Source of the DNA: Podospora anserina
Lineage: Eukaryota
Assembly (NCBI GenBank): GCA_017654855.1
Contig: CM030337.1
Span: 3,720,001 to 3,784,000 of the forward strand
DNA: 64,000 bases
Direction: 5' to 3'
The notes below the pieces were generated by a model, which made no database searches, was not told where the DNA came from, and saw only the letters and a list, made by a program, of their open reading frames with translations. The position numbers and the translations under genes were made by a program. Below, piece after piece: positions 1-13,570 of this stretch. Position 1 is the stretch's first letter. Each line of letters begins with the position of its first letter.

Positions 1-211
1 GCCGGGGCAGAAGGCCGAAGCCTCGGCCGCGTAGTTGGCGTCGATGAGGTTGCGGTAGCAGTTGTCCTCATGCTATTCACCTTGTTAGCTGTCATCTCAT
101 CTCTCATGATAAACATCAGACGAACGTGTGGTTCCTTACACAGTCGGGCCATTCGGTGGCGGCACCCAGACCCACGGCCAGGGCGCCCAGAGACAAAGTA
201 GAAACGCGCAT
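1..211 (-). CDS. 5' part of a secreted Cys-containing protein (runs off the window edge)
   Basis: ATG at 211; exon 140-211 MRVSTLSLGALAVGLGAATEWPDC (signal-peptide-like); intron 73-139 GTAAGG..GCTAAC..TAG; next exon in frame HEDNCYRNLIDANYAAEASAFCPG. Not in the ORF track. Confidence 0.75.
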
Positions 212-728
212 GTTTATGTACCCCTTTTCTTTCCCAGAGAGCGAATGACTAAATCGACACAAGAAGGCAGACGAGAAACGAACGACTGCGGGACCCGAAG
301 GTCTATGTACGAGATTTCAATGCTGGGTGAGCGGAAGGTGAGGAAAGGGAACCCCAGATCCCGAGGAGGTGGGTGGACCAGCATCTTTATCTCTTGCCCA
401 GCATCTCGTTTCCTTCTACCCTTTCTTCTCCTTCCAAAAAGTCCATAGTTTGATGCCGAGCCCCGGCTCGCAGGCGCCGGAGGGCACTCCACACACACAC
501 CTGGAGCGCGGCGTCAATACGAAGCCAGCCTTTTTTTGGAGCAACGATTGGACCGTCCCAGACCACGCGAGGTCCCGGTCGACAGGGGTTGGTGATCTCC
601 ACCAAGGACTCAGCTCTTGGGCGACAGCGGTCCAATCTTTGTCGCCGCCAGCGCCCGGTGGAGATTGCAGTTTTCCTTTCCAGAGCTTCCCTTCAAACTG
701 CATAATAATGGCTTGCCATGCGGGTGGA

Positions 729-752
729 GATGATGATGATGATGATGATGAT
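729..752. repeat. (GAT)8 microsatellite, followed by an AG-rich tract at ~823-870
   Basis: Direct reading. Confidence 0.9.
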
Positions 753-3421
753 ATTGGATGGATGTTTGTCCGATGGCAGAGCTCCCATTGTGCCTGGTAC
801 CTGGATCGATCGGCACAGCAACAAAGAGAGAGCGAGAGGGTGAGCGAGAGAGAGAAGGAACGAGAGAAAGGAACAATGCAGCACGCCGCAGGGTACAGTG
901 CAATGCAGATGGCCACTCAATTCAAGACCAACACCGGCCAGTCAATCGCGGCCACCGCAGCTTTCTCCACACTGTTGACTGCAGTGGGCTGAGCACATCA
1001 CCAGCCTCTGATTGGACGGCCAAGACGTTGCTCGTTTTTTGACATCTGTGTTTGGTACCAAGAGAATCACCTCAGATGCCGTCGTGGAATATTGAAAAGT
1101 CTCAGGGCCAACACGACCACCTGCAGAGCAAATCACCTGAGACATGGAGAATCCTTTGCGGAGAAGAACTTTCTCAACGTGCCCGACTGACATGGAGGAG
1201 GGTCCTGCCCAATTGACGTCAGAATGGGACGGTAACAGCGAACACCGGCACTGATTATGGCCTGTCATCGCTTCTCTCCACCATCAGTCTGGGGCAGTTG
1301 TAAGGGTATTCTTACATTCTCAACATACCATTAGATAATAGGTCTTTTTTGGTCCTCGCATCTTTGGGTAGAAACACGATGACTGCATCCCTCAGGCACC
1401 GAGGGGGCACCACACAAACACTCGCCTCCGACAGCAACATCGGATCTGTGGATTCAATACTACCCCGCCGCCAGTTGCCTGTTGCTGACATATACCGGGC
1501 CAAAAGCCGGGCGATCGTATCATGATACAGTTCTGACAGCTGTGCCGGAATGGCAGTGAGGCCTTGTTAGTTTGACATTTTGTTTGTATTTTTAGTGCTA
1601 GAACCAGTCCGGCCATATTGCGGTATTACTTGCTGACAAAGGTGGGTGTTACAGCTTTTGACTTTGCATCAGTAGAATTAAGATTGCAATGTAAGGTAGT
1701 AAACAAACTCTTACATTCAACCTGTTCCCGTCGGTCCTGAGGGGAGACCATCAGCACACGAATAAACCCCGTGATTATACCCGTCCAGTTCGCATTGCCT
1801 CTTACACCTTCAGCTCACCACTGCGGCGCCAAAACCCCAACCCCCATCCCAACCCGGCGTTTACGGATATTGCCCCTACAAATGGAAACGGCAAAAAAGG
1901 GGGCACGTAACACAACCTCAATCCTTCCGCCCCAACGCCAGGTCCGAGTGTCCAACGTCCATCCCAAGCTCAGAGGTGGCACAACTTTCGACAGACGGCT
2001 ACGCAAAGGAACAATCCAATATTACAACTCTAGAAATAAAAAGCCACAGCCAGCCACAACTACTCATGCCAGGCATCACAACGTAATGAAAAAACAAAAA
2101 TCATGAATCCGGAAGGCCACGAGTGCAAAGGAAGAGAAAGGTGCTCGAAGTCAAAGACACGGGACGGAAAGCCTCAGATCTTCGAGTTTCAGATGTTTCA
2201 CCTTACCCATTCCTCAAAGAATACCACAAAAGAATTATATACCAAGAAAACCACGCGATTTTATCAAAGAGCGTGCATGAGAACATCGTGGCAATAGGAC
2301 TGGAGAAAGTCTTGTTGAAATTCATGGCAACTCCTGCCAAGGAGGAAAAATACCTCGATCAAAATGAATCTCGAGATGGATTGATGATCAACACTGTGCA
2401 ACAATGCACATGAGAAAGAGACTGATATTCTCCTCTTACTTGGCAGGAGATCAACCTTTCTAAGGTAGGTAAACAGATGAGTCGGTATTTACGTACTTCT
2501 CGAAGCCGACAGCTTCACTATAAACCCTCCCTCAAAGCTAACTATCTACATCCACAAAAGAAACAACCCCATGCGGCCAAGAATCCCATTCTCCTTCACC
2601 AGAAAATAACCACAAAACAACATGGTTCGCTCTGTTCATTCTATTTTCAGTTCCCCTTTTTTCGATTTTGCAGCCTCTCTTCATCGGCAAAAAGAAGAAG
2701 GCAAACTGCCTCCTCCCACCACTCACTCACCGGTTTTCATCCATAGAAAAGCAACAACAAACCTTCAACACAGTAATTCTCTTGCAAAACACTGTACCAA
2801 CAACAAAGAACCCAGAACACTCACCCAATCACCAACCACCACCACCCCATCCACTTCTCACTTCATCATTTTTCCCTCTCAGCCTCAACACACGACTCAG
2901 AAACCCCTTCAGCTGAATCCAAAAAGCACTCCTCGCGTCATCCCCCAGTAAACAAAAACCCTCACTCCTTCCTCAGCCTCCTGAATCCACACCTACCAAC
3001 CACTCGGTATTCCGTGGAAAAAGCGAGCCATCAGCCCAAAAGAACAACAAGGGATCCCTTCAATCCAAATCCTCACTGCCAAAAGTGCCAACTCGAATTA
3101 CTTCATCATGGCCAGTGATTCCAAAATCACCAGCTCACTAGTGGGCACCTGCTTCCCAGCCATATGCCAGGTTCTTCAATGGACAGACCAGCTTCGTGCC
3201 AGTGGTGGTAGCAAAACACGACTCGACAAGTCAGAAAATAACAAGGCGGGAGAGGAGTCTAACAGTTGCGTTCTGTATTATGATTCATCGTGTACCTTTC
3301 TCATTTCATACCCAATCACACAACCCATCATCAAAGCGTACATAGTCTTCCAATCTAGGATCGCAAACTCTTCATTCAGATCACACTCCCGCCACCCCTC
3401 CCTTTTTTGACATCCACTTTA

Positions 3422-6400
3422 TCAACTTTCTCCCGTCGGCCCAGCTCTCACCACCTCCCCCTTGTCCAACACAACCTCCCAATCCGCCCCCTCCACCGCC
3501 TCCGCCTTGTGCGCAATCGTAATGACGGTAGAATACCTCAGCTCCTCCCTCAACAGTCGCTGGATATACCTCGCCGTCTCCCCGTCAATACTCGCCGTCG
3601 CCTCATCCATAATCACCACCGGGCTCCTCCTCAAAATCGCCCTCCCCAACCCCACCAGCTGCCTCTGCCCCTGAGACAAATTCTTTCCCCCTCCATCCAC
3701 CGGACTGTCGAGCGTGAAATCCCCCGACATCCCCAGCACCCGTTGCAACACATCCGCTCGTTCGGTCTCCCCTCTCTCGTCAAGCGGGTCGAGATTATCC
3801 CTTAGTGTACCGGCGAACAGAACCGGGTCTTGGGCGACAAATGTGATGTTCTTTCTCAGCGCGTGTTTGTCAACGTCCGCAAGGTCGACGTTGCCAATGC
3901 GGATTGACCCCCCTGTACCCGCGTCGGGGTGTAATGTCCCCAGTAGACTCAATGCCAGTGTACTCTTTCCTGACCCAGTGCGACCAGTAACAGCCACGTT
4001 GCGAGTGCCGCCTGGAATGGCAAAGGTGACATTCTTGAGCACGGGTTCAAACTCTGGCGCGTACCGCAAAGTAACATTGTCGAATACAATAGCATCCCCA
4101 TACAAAGGCCAGGCAGCTGGCGGTTTGAAGCTCCCCTTGGGTTCCTGCTCCAGACTCAGCAGCTCAACGATGCGCTCGACGCTGACAAACTGCATCTGCA
4201 GCTCGCCATACCGACGACAGAGGCTGTGAGTCGACCTGACAAAGTTCGCCGCCGAAGCAAGAACAAACCCGACGGTACCACCCGAGAGACCCGAGAGGAC
4301 GGCCGTGAGGGTCAACGCAAAGGTGGTGAAGGCGGAGAGCAAGTCGAAGCGGTACTGAAGCCAGCTTTGTAACGACCAATAAAAGTGGTCCATTCGCTGG
4401 AAGGAGTCGGTGGTGAAAACGATGCGGTTTTGGTAGTGTGGCTGGGCCCGGAAGGCGCGAACCGTCGCGAGCCCTTCGAGGAGCGTGCCAAAGTTGGACA
4501 TCAGCGGTGATAACGACACCGTCTCGAGTCTTCGCAATGACTGAGAGGTGGGGAGGAAGCTGTCAAAAATCCAGAAGAAGATGCCTGTCATGATGACGCT
4601 AATAACAAGGAATGACGGCGTGATGGTGGCAATCACAGTGATGGCAGACAGCCAGGCAAACGTGGACCATGTCACAGTCTGCAGCAATACGGCCACGCTT
4701 CCATCAACGGTGCCCATGTCAGACGTGAGCCTGTTCATCAGCCTCCCCACTGGGGTGACGTCGTAGAACCGGAAGGTGGCGTTGGAGACGCGCTGCATGG
4801 TCTCGCGGAACAGGTTCTTGCCAGCTTCGTAGATGATGCCCACGAGGGCAACATCAGAGCACGTTACCGTAAACACCTGGATGAGGGAGAGTACCAGGAG
4901 GCCGACAGCCCAGGGCATCACGTTGTCGGCTGGCGAGGGTAGATAACGACTCAAGTCAAGCCAGCTCTTCAAGCCACCAACTCGAGATTGCTGGAAGACG
5001 TGTTGAGAGAAGACTGCTTGTTGAAGATCGTCTGGGTGACCGCTCAGCCCAAGAGCATGTAGGCGGTGAGCATTCGCCGGCTTGTCATCGTATCCCTCAC
5101 CCCATTCCTTGAGGAACCAAAAGTAGCCAACCTTGGCAGCCCTAAACGCAATAAAGAAACCGATCATGGTAAACCACCAGGCAATCCTGCCAGCCTTGAT
5201 GTATCGCCAGTACACCGATACCAACACGCCGCCATGTACGCGGTGTTCGTCCTGGATAAACTTGTCGGGCACTGGCTCTTCCCCCTCTCCCCCATTGTCG
5301 GCGGGAGCAGCCTCCTGTTCTTGAGCAGCAGCCAGGGCAGCCAGGTGTTCGAGCTCTCTTTCATTATTCTCCAGCTCCGCCATGCTGTAAGTTTGAACTT
5401 TCCCACCCTCGACAACCTCAATGACTTGGTAGGCGTAGCGTTTGACAATATCCACTCGATGAGTTACAAAAACGATCAGCCGTCCAGCTGTCAGAGGGGC
5501 TTGCCTGTTGGCAAAGAGATTCTGCAGAATGCTCGTTGCTGTCTGGTGATCCAATGCCGCAATGGGATCATCCAGCAGCAAGATACGAGCGCGACTGTAA
5601 AGAGCCCTGGCCAAAGCCACGCGAGCCCTCTGTCCACCAGACAGGCCCACCCCGTTCTCGCCAATCAGCGTGAGGTCCTTGGACTTGAACTTGTCAAGGT
5701 CATCCCGCAGACAACAAGCATCGATGACCTGATCAAACCGCGCCTTGTCGTAGACCGAGCAGAACAAAATGTTGTCCCTGATACTCATGCTCTCCAACCA
5801 TGGTGATTGGGCACAATAGGCAATAACCTCCTTGGGCACCCTTCTCTCACCGCCATGTTGATCCAGCTCACCTAAAACCGCCTGAAGAAGTGCCGTCTTG
5901 CCGATACCAACTCTCCCGCAGACCATGGTCAAACCGGCTTTGCACGAAAGCGTGACATCTTTGAGGACCTCCTTCGTCGCCCCAGGCCATGAGAACGACG
6001 CCCTCTCCACCGCAATCTCCAGTTCTCCAAGAGGACCATCCGACCCTTCCCCACCTTGCCCGTCCCAGTCATCATTCTCCCTGTCTGGCTCCGTCATAAA
6101 CTTCTCGATTCTTTGCATCGACACCCTCGCATTAAGCAACGTCTGGAACATTTGCGGCATCTCCCGCAGACTGCTTTCCAACATTCCAAACAGATCCAGC
6201 GCCGGAAACGCGATATCCACGGTCAAAGGTTTCTTGGAGATGAGTGTGTAAGCCGAAAAGGCCGCCAAAGGAAACAAGAAGCCGACCAGCGAGTTGATCG
6301 TCTTGATGAAGAGAGAGACAATGTTGGCCGTGGCTCTCCTGACCAGCTCGGCCCTCCTGCTGTCCATGATCTGTTCCAACCAGGCGTCCTGCCAGTCATA

Positions 6401-8229
6401 CCAGCGTAAATGTCTGATGGACTCGACAAATTGCGAGGTTCTTTGAAGCTTGACGTCCGTGATTGACCGGCGAGCTCTCTCGATGTTGACAAAAACCTTC
6501 ATAAGGAGAACGTTGACGGCCATACCGAGTAGAATAACAGGGGCACCGGATAGCGCGGCGGGCCCAAGTATCTTCCAAATAAGGTAGACCGAGAACAAAA
6601 AGTTGAACGGCTTGGTAAAGATATCGGGTACCTCCCAGAAGCGCTGTGCCACGTCGTATACGTCGCTGCGCAAGATATTCATGATCTTGCCGGTCGAGGA
6701 GGGAGAGTCGTCAGGTTTGGTCTTGATCGTTCTGAGTTGAGGAATGAAGGGCTTGATAGTCTGGTAATGGTGATGGAACCATGCCGCGAGCCGCTGGTAT
6801 CGGGTTGGCTCTACTTTATCGGCGTCGTCGCTGTGCCTAGACTCACTGTCTGTAAGTGTGGTTTCCGAGGAGATGCCATCGGACGGAGATTCGGGCTGAG
6901 CCTGGGAGGCGCCCTCGATGGAGTCGGTACCGCCACCGGGAAAAGTGAAGGCCTTCCGACGAAGCGTCTTTTCGTATATCATGGTGATCATCTCTCCGCG
7001 AGAGCGCTCGTAGTTGCGACGGCAGAACCAAATACTAAAGACAGACGACTGTGCCTTAACTAGCCTCCCAAACAGCGTGAGGCCCGCATAGATCATCGCG
7101 GTTCGTTTATCCGGCGGGCTGGACGACAGTGCACCGAGCAACTGTTTCAGCAGAACAGGCTCGATCAGCTCCACCGTGCATTCGAGTACTCCCAGACATG
7201 TCGTGATCACGAGGTCGAGGCCGTTCGCCTTTAGCAGACGGACGAGAACGGTGCCAGTGAGCTCTCGAAAGAGTGTGTGCAATCTTCCATGTTGAAACTC
7301 AAGGGCAAGAAACCACACGTCATCGTCGTTCAGTTGCCGGCTGTACCCGAGCTTCATCAATGGGCTTAACCACGACACAGTCATCCACTGCCAGGCTGTG
7401 ATGAGATCTTCGGGACTGCGAGCATCAGAGTTTGGGGCTGTGAATGGCTTGCTGATTCCGGTACTTTCCGCGTAGGGTTCCCTCAACGGCATGTTCAGCA
7501 TCACGAGTATCGAGGCGAAGGTCAGAGATAGTTCGCCAACCCAGACAGCCGTCGAGGGCCAGCCATTGCCAGCAACATCGGGAACCACAATGAATAAGGC
7601 TAGTTCCACCAGAAGTAAAGCCCCTTGGATCATCAAGACGGCGCCTGGAAGGGTCCTTGGACGCTCGAGAACAAGCATCGTGCTAGATATGACCTATCGA
7701 CGTCCATATCAGCATCCCGGGCAGAGATCCTGCCATGTGGGCGTAGCAAGGACAAGACTTACAGCTGGCCCCACGGGCATCAAGAGAACCTGAGCGTTTT
7801 CCGGCCAGATGACTGCCCCCGTAACGCCCAACAGGGGAGCTCCAACAGACAACAACAAGAGTGACAAATTCCATATCGTCCACTTTGACCTTTTGACTCC
7901 CAAAGAGTCGCCCGTTTCCTGATCGATAGCAGAGATTGTCGTCTCCTCAGCGGCAAATCTGCGTAACCAGGTTGGGCGATACCTTGACCACACCGGGCCA
8001 AGCCCATATCGAAGTGTTACTGTCAGCAAGGCAATCCATAACGGAACGTGGCCCACGACGCCCAGGCATTGATGACTGAAGGTGCCCAGTGATGGTATCT
8101 AGAACGTGTCAATCAACTTGTGCGTTTTGTCTCAAAGGCGGTGTAGCGGCAACGTACCCATATCCTCTGGCAGCAGCTATAGCAGGGCCAGAAGCTGTCC
8201 CACCATCGTGAAGATGACGTGGACGTCAT
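3422..8229 (-). CDS. ABCC (MRP/Ybt1-like) full-size ABC transporter, ~1559 aa
   Basis: Exons 8158-8229, 7763-8098, 3422-7693 with phase-consistent GT-AG introns. NBD1 GRVGIGKT/LSGGQ/LLLDD; NBD2 GRTGSGKS/LSQGQ/VIMDE; TMD2 FYDVTPVGRLMNR. Confidence 0.93.
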
Positions 8230-9533
8230 AGTAGCGCCTGGGTTCCCCCGCAACATCCAGAGCCAATCGTCCGGCGGAGACGACATGGAGGAGAAAAAAA
8301 GAGTGATCAGGCCCCAAGATCGATATCCAGAGACGAAAGCCCTATCCTATTAACATATCATGGGAGTCGGAGACATCTCCGGGGAGAAAGTGGGAAGAGA
8401 GCGCCGCCGAATCGGAAGACCGGATGTTGGTTTAGCTACAGGTCAACGGCGAGGTTGATTGGAGAGAAAAGGGGGTTGCGGTGCTAAACTTGCACCAGCG
8501 GCCCCTCCTGGCACAGGGTGGTCGGGACCTTTGCCATCGTAGCATGCCAAGCATGGTATCAAAATGCTCTCCGAACCGGGCCGCATCTGACAATCGAGTC
8601 TGTTCAGCCCTTTGTCTGCTCGAAAGATGAGATAGAAATGACGGAAACTTGCCCTGCCAAGACTCGGCAATTCTCCGTGCGCGCGCTGATCAACTACGGC
8701 AGAACGTACCATACCGGTAGTGGAGGGAGTTCACATGGAATGACGGCAGCGGATGGAAATGGAGAGAGTCAGCAAGACGAATGGTCCTGCAGGCGCGGAT
8801 AAAGGGAGGTCGTACCGGTCACCGTCGCCGGCATCGCTGCAAGACAAATGCTTTGCGTGGGACACGTTGCAGCACCAAGTGCCGGGAAACTGGGAAAGGA
8901 GACCAATCTGATGACACGAGGCAAAGGGAGAGTTGTGAGAAGTTTGGTCCACGAGATGCAATGCATCCACGGGGAGCATACCCGAACCTTACCCCCCCAC
9001 CATCCCGTTACAGGGACCTTGAAGTTAGGGAGGGGGCATCCACTAAGGGTTGGGGGTGATGCGCTACACGGCACCGACAGCTGAGACCAACTCGACGTGC
9101 ATGTGCCGGGCAGCGAGCAATCAATCACACAGCATGGTGCCTCGTGACATCGAATGGTATTTGAGTCTCCGATTTGGTAACGCCCATGAGCAAATTTTTC
9201 TGCCTCCTGCAGACCGCCATGAATTGTCCGTTTCGACCTCCCAATGACCAGCTTCCCTGAACGCCATCCTCCCCTCGTGCTGAACCCCAGTGGGGGTCGC
9301 TGACTCAGCCAGACAAATAAAACAAATGGTATCTAAATTTGTACATATGCATAAGAACCCTAGAACAAAAGAAACACCTCATGCATGCCATGAGAAAATG
9401 ACGGATGTCTGAACACCTAGCCCCTTTCTTTTTTGACCCCCTCCCCCTCCCTCGCCGGCCTCCCTCCCTCACCGCTGCCTCGGCCTGCATGAGTAGTTCA
9501 ACCCCAACCTCTGCTTCCGTGTCTGGTGATCCC

Positions 9534-10571
9534 CTACGGCTGTCCAGTCCATCTGGGGCCGGGTGATTGGATGGGTGTGCCGCTCATCTCGACCGGACCT
9601 TCACCACCCGCTGCAGGGTGGCCGACCGGCACATCCAGTTCGTGAATGGGTGGCTGCACCGTCGACATGTGTGGTTGGAATGGCTGGAATGCTGTGTACC
9701 TGTCGTGGGCCTGCGCCTGAGCCTGGGCTTGTGTGTCTGGGGGAAGTGACAGGTGCTCTGGGGACTCCCAGTTGTAACCACTAGCTCTATTGTACGCAGC
9801 CTTCGCGGGCTCTGGCGATGGCATCCACTTCGGTTGATCTTGTGGCGGCCAGACACCTGTGTCGGGAGGGCTCACATACCCACTACTCGTGCCACTTGCC
9901 GATGGTGTAACAGACATGTGGGCTGTCTGGCTCAACGGTGGCTGCGTGTAGGAATCTGGAAGCATCGGATGTGATTCCTCCCCTTGCTTTCTCTTCTTGC
10001 GCAGCAGGAAGAAGACCACTCCAGCCACCACAGCAACCCCAACAACCGATCCGGCTATGATGCCAGCAAGAGCTGCCGTCGGTAGCCCTTGGCTTCCTTC
10101 GTCTGTTGGTTCTGTTGAAGCCGGTGGTGATTCGATCGAGATAGTGGTACTTGTTGTTGAGGAGGTTGTCGTCGTGCTTGTTGGAGCAGTTGTTGTCGTT
10201 ATGGATGCGCTGGTGGTTGTGGCCCCGTCCGCGAAATCCATGAACTGCTTCTCCGAGATGCCCATAGGCGTGCGTGAGTCCCTGCAAGCACCGCTCATCG
10301 TGTCATAAACTTGTTGAAGGTCATCCCTCGAAGATTGACCGAGGCAGGAGGCTGTGTTCTTGATAAAACCCCCTCCATTTTGGCAGAGGCATTCATTTGT
10401 TGTCTTAACAACACCCGTCTCGCACTTGGAGGCGTCGGCCGCCGCGTACATGCAACCCTGGGCGGTTTCGGGATAGAAGTCAAAGTTGATCGAGGCCCCC
10501 TGGACTGTCGAGGCGAGCACGAGAATGGCGAGAGCAGAGGGAAGCGTCCGCAGTTTCCCGAGACTGATCAT
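9534..10571 (-). CDS. Type I membrane protein with CFEM-like domain, Ser/Thr stalk, single TM and Pro-rich tail
   Basis: ATG 10571; signal peptide; C..C..CLC..C..C domain; T/S-rich linker; TM GIIAGSVVGVAVVAGVVFFLL followed by RKKRK; tail with HELD/VEM motifs. Confidence 0.85.
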   Translation of the reverse strand: MISLGKLRTLPSALAILVLASTVQGASINFDFYPETAQGCMYAAADASKCETGVVKTTNECLCQNGGGFIKNTASCLGQSSRDDLQQVYDTMSGACRDSRTPMGISEKQFMDFADGATTTSASITTTTAPTSTTTTSSTTSTTISIESPPASTEPTDEGSQGLPTAALAGIIAGSVVGVAVVAGVVFFLLRKKRKQGEESHPMLPDSYTQPPLSQTAHMSVTPSASGTSSGYVSPPDTGVWPPQDQPKWMPSPEPAKAAYNRASGYNWESPEHLSLPPDTQAQAQAQAHDRYTAFQPFQPHMSTVQPPIHELDVPVGHPAAGGEGPVEMSGTPIQSPGPRWTGQP

Positions 10572-12053
10572 CTTGGAGGTAGGTGGGGGCTTGTATAGAG
10601 AAAACAAAGGGTATTGATAGGCTATGGATCCGGCAGGACCATAGGCGCATAATCAGATGAAAATTCCCCGAACTATGGCAGTGACGGTAGTCGTTCATGG
10701 GTCGGGTGAGGGTGTGCTGTTTGAGGAGACGCGAGAGGCAAACAGCCTGTTGTACCAATGTTGTGTATGATGAGCACACACAACATGAGAGACTGGACGA
10801 AATGGAAGAGGAAGGAGAAATAAAACGGGAAGGTTCAAGTCAGCTCGACTTTTGATAGCTCAGGAGGATGTGCTCTTACCCTGCCGGGTATGGCAGGGGG
10901 TTGAGGCTGAGTTTGGCAGGCAGTACTCTCCAGATCCCAACAGCGCGGACACAGCTGTCTCCGCCACCGCCTGCCATCTTCACCATTGGAGCATCAAAAA
11001 ACCTTTGGCAAGAAGTATGCGATTCAAGCGGGAGACTGTCGGATAATAGATCCGACAAGTTCCCAACCAACAGCTGGGAACAACACGTTGCTTCCCAAAT
11101 CGTGCCGCCGGATGCCACCGTGTTCCGGCATCACTTGGTCTGTGCTTGCTCGGACTGTCGCTCGGTTCGATGAAATTGGGTATCATGAACGTGATGTAAT
11201 AAGTTGGTCGCGGTGGAAGTTACCGCGCGACCCTGAAATCGCGTCCAAGCAAGGCTGCGTTGAGCAAGGCAAAGAGGAATCTCAGGATTGAGGCTTGATG
11301 TCAGCTCCCGGCGCTTCTTCACCACAAGCCACAGGCCAAGCCACTAAAATCGCTGGTCAGACTTTTGCTTGACCCCACTGGTCAGCCCTATGATGGCGCC
11401 CCTATTTTGGGATTTTGTGGTGGGTAGGTCAGTCTTGGAAGAGTGTTCGCCCCAACGTCAGGTCAAACCCTTTGAACGTGCTGTTGGATTTGACGGCAGG
11501 AGTTCGTCGTCCAAGCTATTTCTGTCTGCCAAGCTGATTGAGCTTTATGCCTGAGGAAAAATGCAGGCCCTTTATGCGTTTGCATACAACACTGCCCAAC
11601 AGTAGTAGGCCAAAGATATGCAGCCCAGCTCCTCCATTGCTGGTGTCTCTCCTGCTGCTATTTCTTCATATCACAAGTGCCAAGTAGGGAACATCGCCAT
11701 CGCTGGCAAGTGGCATCATATGTCTCGCTTGCATCCAGTCAAACGGAGCCGATCTTTTGCTTTCTTTCCATTTTCGCTGTCAATGAATTGGAGAACGTGC
11801 AGTCAATCAACCCCAAAGAAAACCCCACCTGTGTCATCCCATCTCCAATGACTGAGCTATGACGTATGATGCACCAATGGCCTCGAGCGGTTTCCATTGG
11901 GGTATTGGTCAAGCTACCAAACCAAACAAACACATGCTCACCTGACACGCAACTACAAGAAGAAGACCCTGCGAGCTTTCAGTCCACCAACTTTCCAATT
12001 ACAACTACACACAGCAAGTCTCAACAACCATACCAACACAACCAACAATCACA

Positions 12054-12637
12054 ATGCCGATCGCAACCACCAACGAAGTCATCGAGAGCGCCGTGATCCG
12101 CGCGCCCCTCTCCCACGTCTGGCACTTCATCAAGCTCGCTGAGTTCCCCAAGTGGTACTCCCAGATTAAGCAAGCCGAGCACATCGTCAAGGGCGTCAGC
12201 GACGAGACGGACGTGTACAAGTGGACGTTCAAGGACGGGAGCGTGGTGGAGATCAAGCAGGATGAGCACAGCGTGGGTTCAACCTCTCTCCTCAACACGG
12301 ATGGTACTGACATGTGGATGGCACAAAAGAACCTGGACCACTTCATCACCTACAGTGTCATCAACAGCGAGCCCGAGCTGAGCTACTCGAGCGTAGTCAG
12401 CACGATTCGATGCTGGCCCGTCACGTCGGGCGAGTTTGAGGAGAGCACTTTTGTGAGGTGGACTTCCAAGTTTGCGAGCGATGCTGATATTGGTGGGTTT
12501 TGAAGCTTCAAGACGGCCATGGCTGGGTGCTGACATGTATTTTAGGTGTTATCGAGGATGCCAAGTACAAGCGACGGGATGCGTTGAAGGACCTTGCGGC
12601 TGCGGCACAGAAGATGGTGAAGGAGCATCAGAAGTAA
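12054..12637 (+). CDS. Bet v1-like / SRPBCC (polyketide cyclase-like) protein
   Basis: Exons 12054-12272, 12330-12492, 12546-12637; ESAVIRAPLSHVW N-terminal motif; spliced C-terminus GVIEDAKYKRRDALKDL. Confidence 0.88.
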
Positions 12638-13389
12638 TGACAAGATGGGAGGGATGGCAGCAAGCTTTTTGTTTGTCATTGGTCATGATTTGGGAGACGG
12701 GTTCATGGGCAGAATATGGATATTGTAAGATGTTGATGCTAGGTTCCATAGCAGAAGCCTGTAAAATCGAAATGTAATGGCATTCTTTACGACTGGATCC
12801 ACAGCCTGATGTTGCTCTTGAAAATTGGAGGTTCCCGTCTGGATCTCATACACATACACGGCATGACTTGGAGGAAGATTGCTGGAGAGAACCGGCGAAG
12901 CCTGAACGGGATCATTTTTTGATCGTTGTGCCTCTGGAGTAGGCCTTCACGTATCGTCAAAGAGGTTCAAAAAGATAGTTAATACACATTAGAAGAAAGT
13001 CAATAGGCATTGAAACATGCGTAGTCTGTGAGTACAAGACAGTGAGTACGTATCGAAGAAAGATATTCAATACTTATTAAAGGATGGCGACAGGCATCAC
13101 GACAGTGTTACCATGACTTGAAGGAGAGCTCATTAACATTGGAAGACCAAGGAGATGCCGTCACCTAAAATAGCTAATAGCCTCTCAAGTCGATGCCATT
13201 GCATGAACACACCTATACATGAACCCCGAACCTTGAATCCTCCAAAATGCCCTTGCTGCAGCCACACCCGTGCTACCGTCCCAGTGGCTACATTATCGCC
13301 GGCGACTTTAGGTTGCACCTTTTTCCACAATGCACCACGACCATGCTTGAAATCTTACGGTCCATGTGTACCTCCTGCTTTTTTACATA

Positions 13390-13570
13390 GAAAATAGAGA
13401 TTGATACTGGGATTGAAGACCTTTCAAGATAGCCGGCATGCCTCTAAGTATAGTTAGTGGGCCCTGAATATATCTTGATAGGTATTTGATAATATTTAAT
13501 AGACCTTTGAAGAGAGTAGAAAGGCCTAGGAAGGATCGCCAAAGTTTTTATTATCCTGCAATCCCTTAAT
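13390..13570. repeat. AT/TpA-rich degenerate repeat relic (possibly RIP-affected)
   Basis: Visibly AT-rich; 13497-13528 matches 30382-30413 at 27/32 nt. Confidence 0.4.

Noticed and set aside
369..992. 207-aa ORF containing poly-Asp and ER repeats
   Set aside because: Translation of microsatellites in a probable promoter region; non-ATG start.
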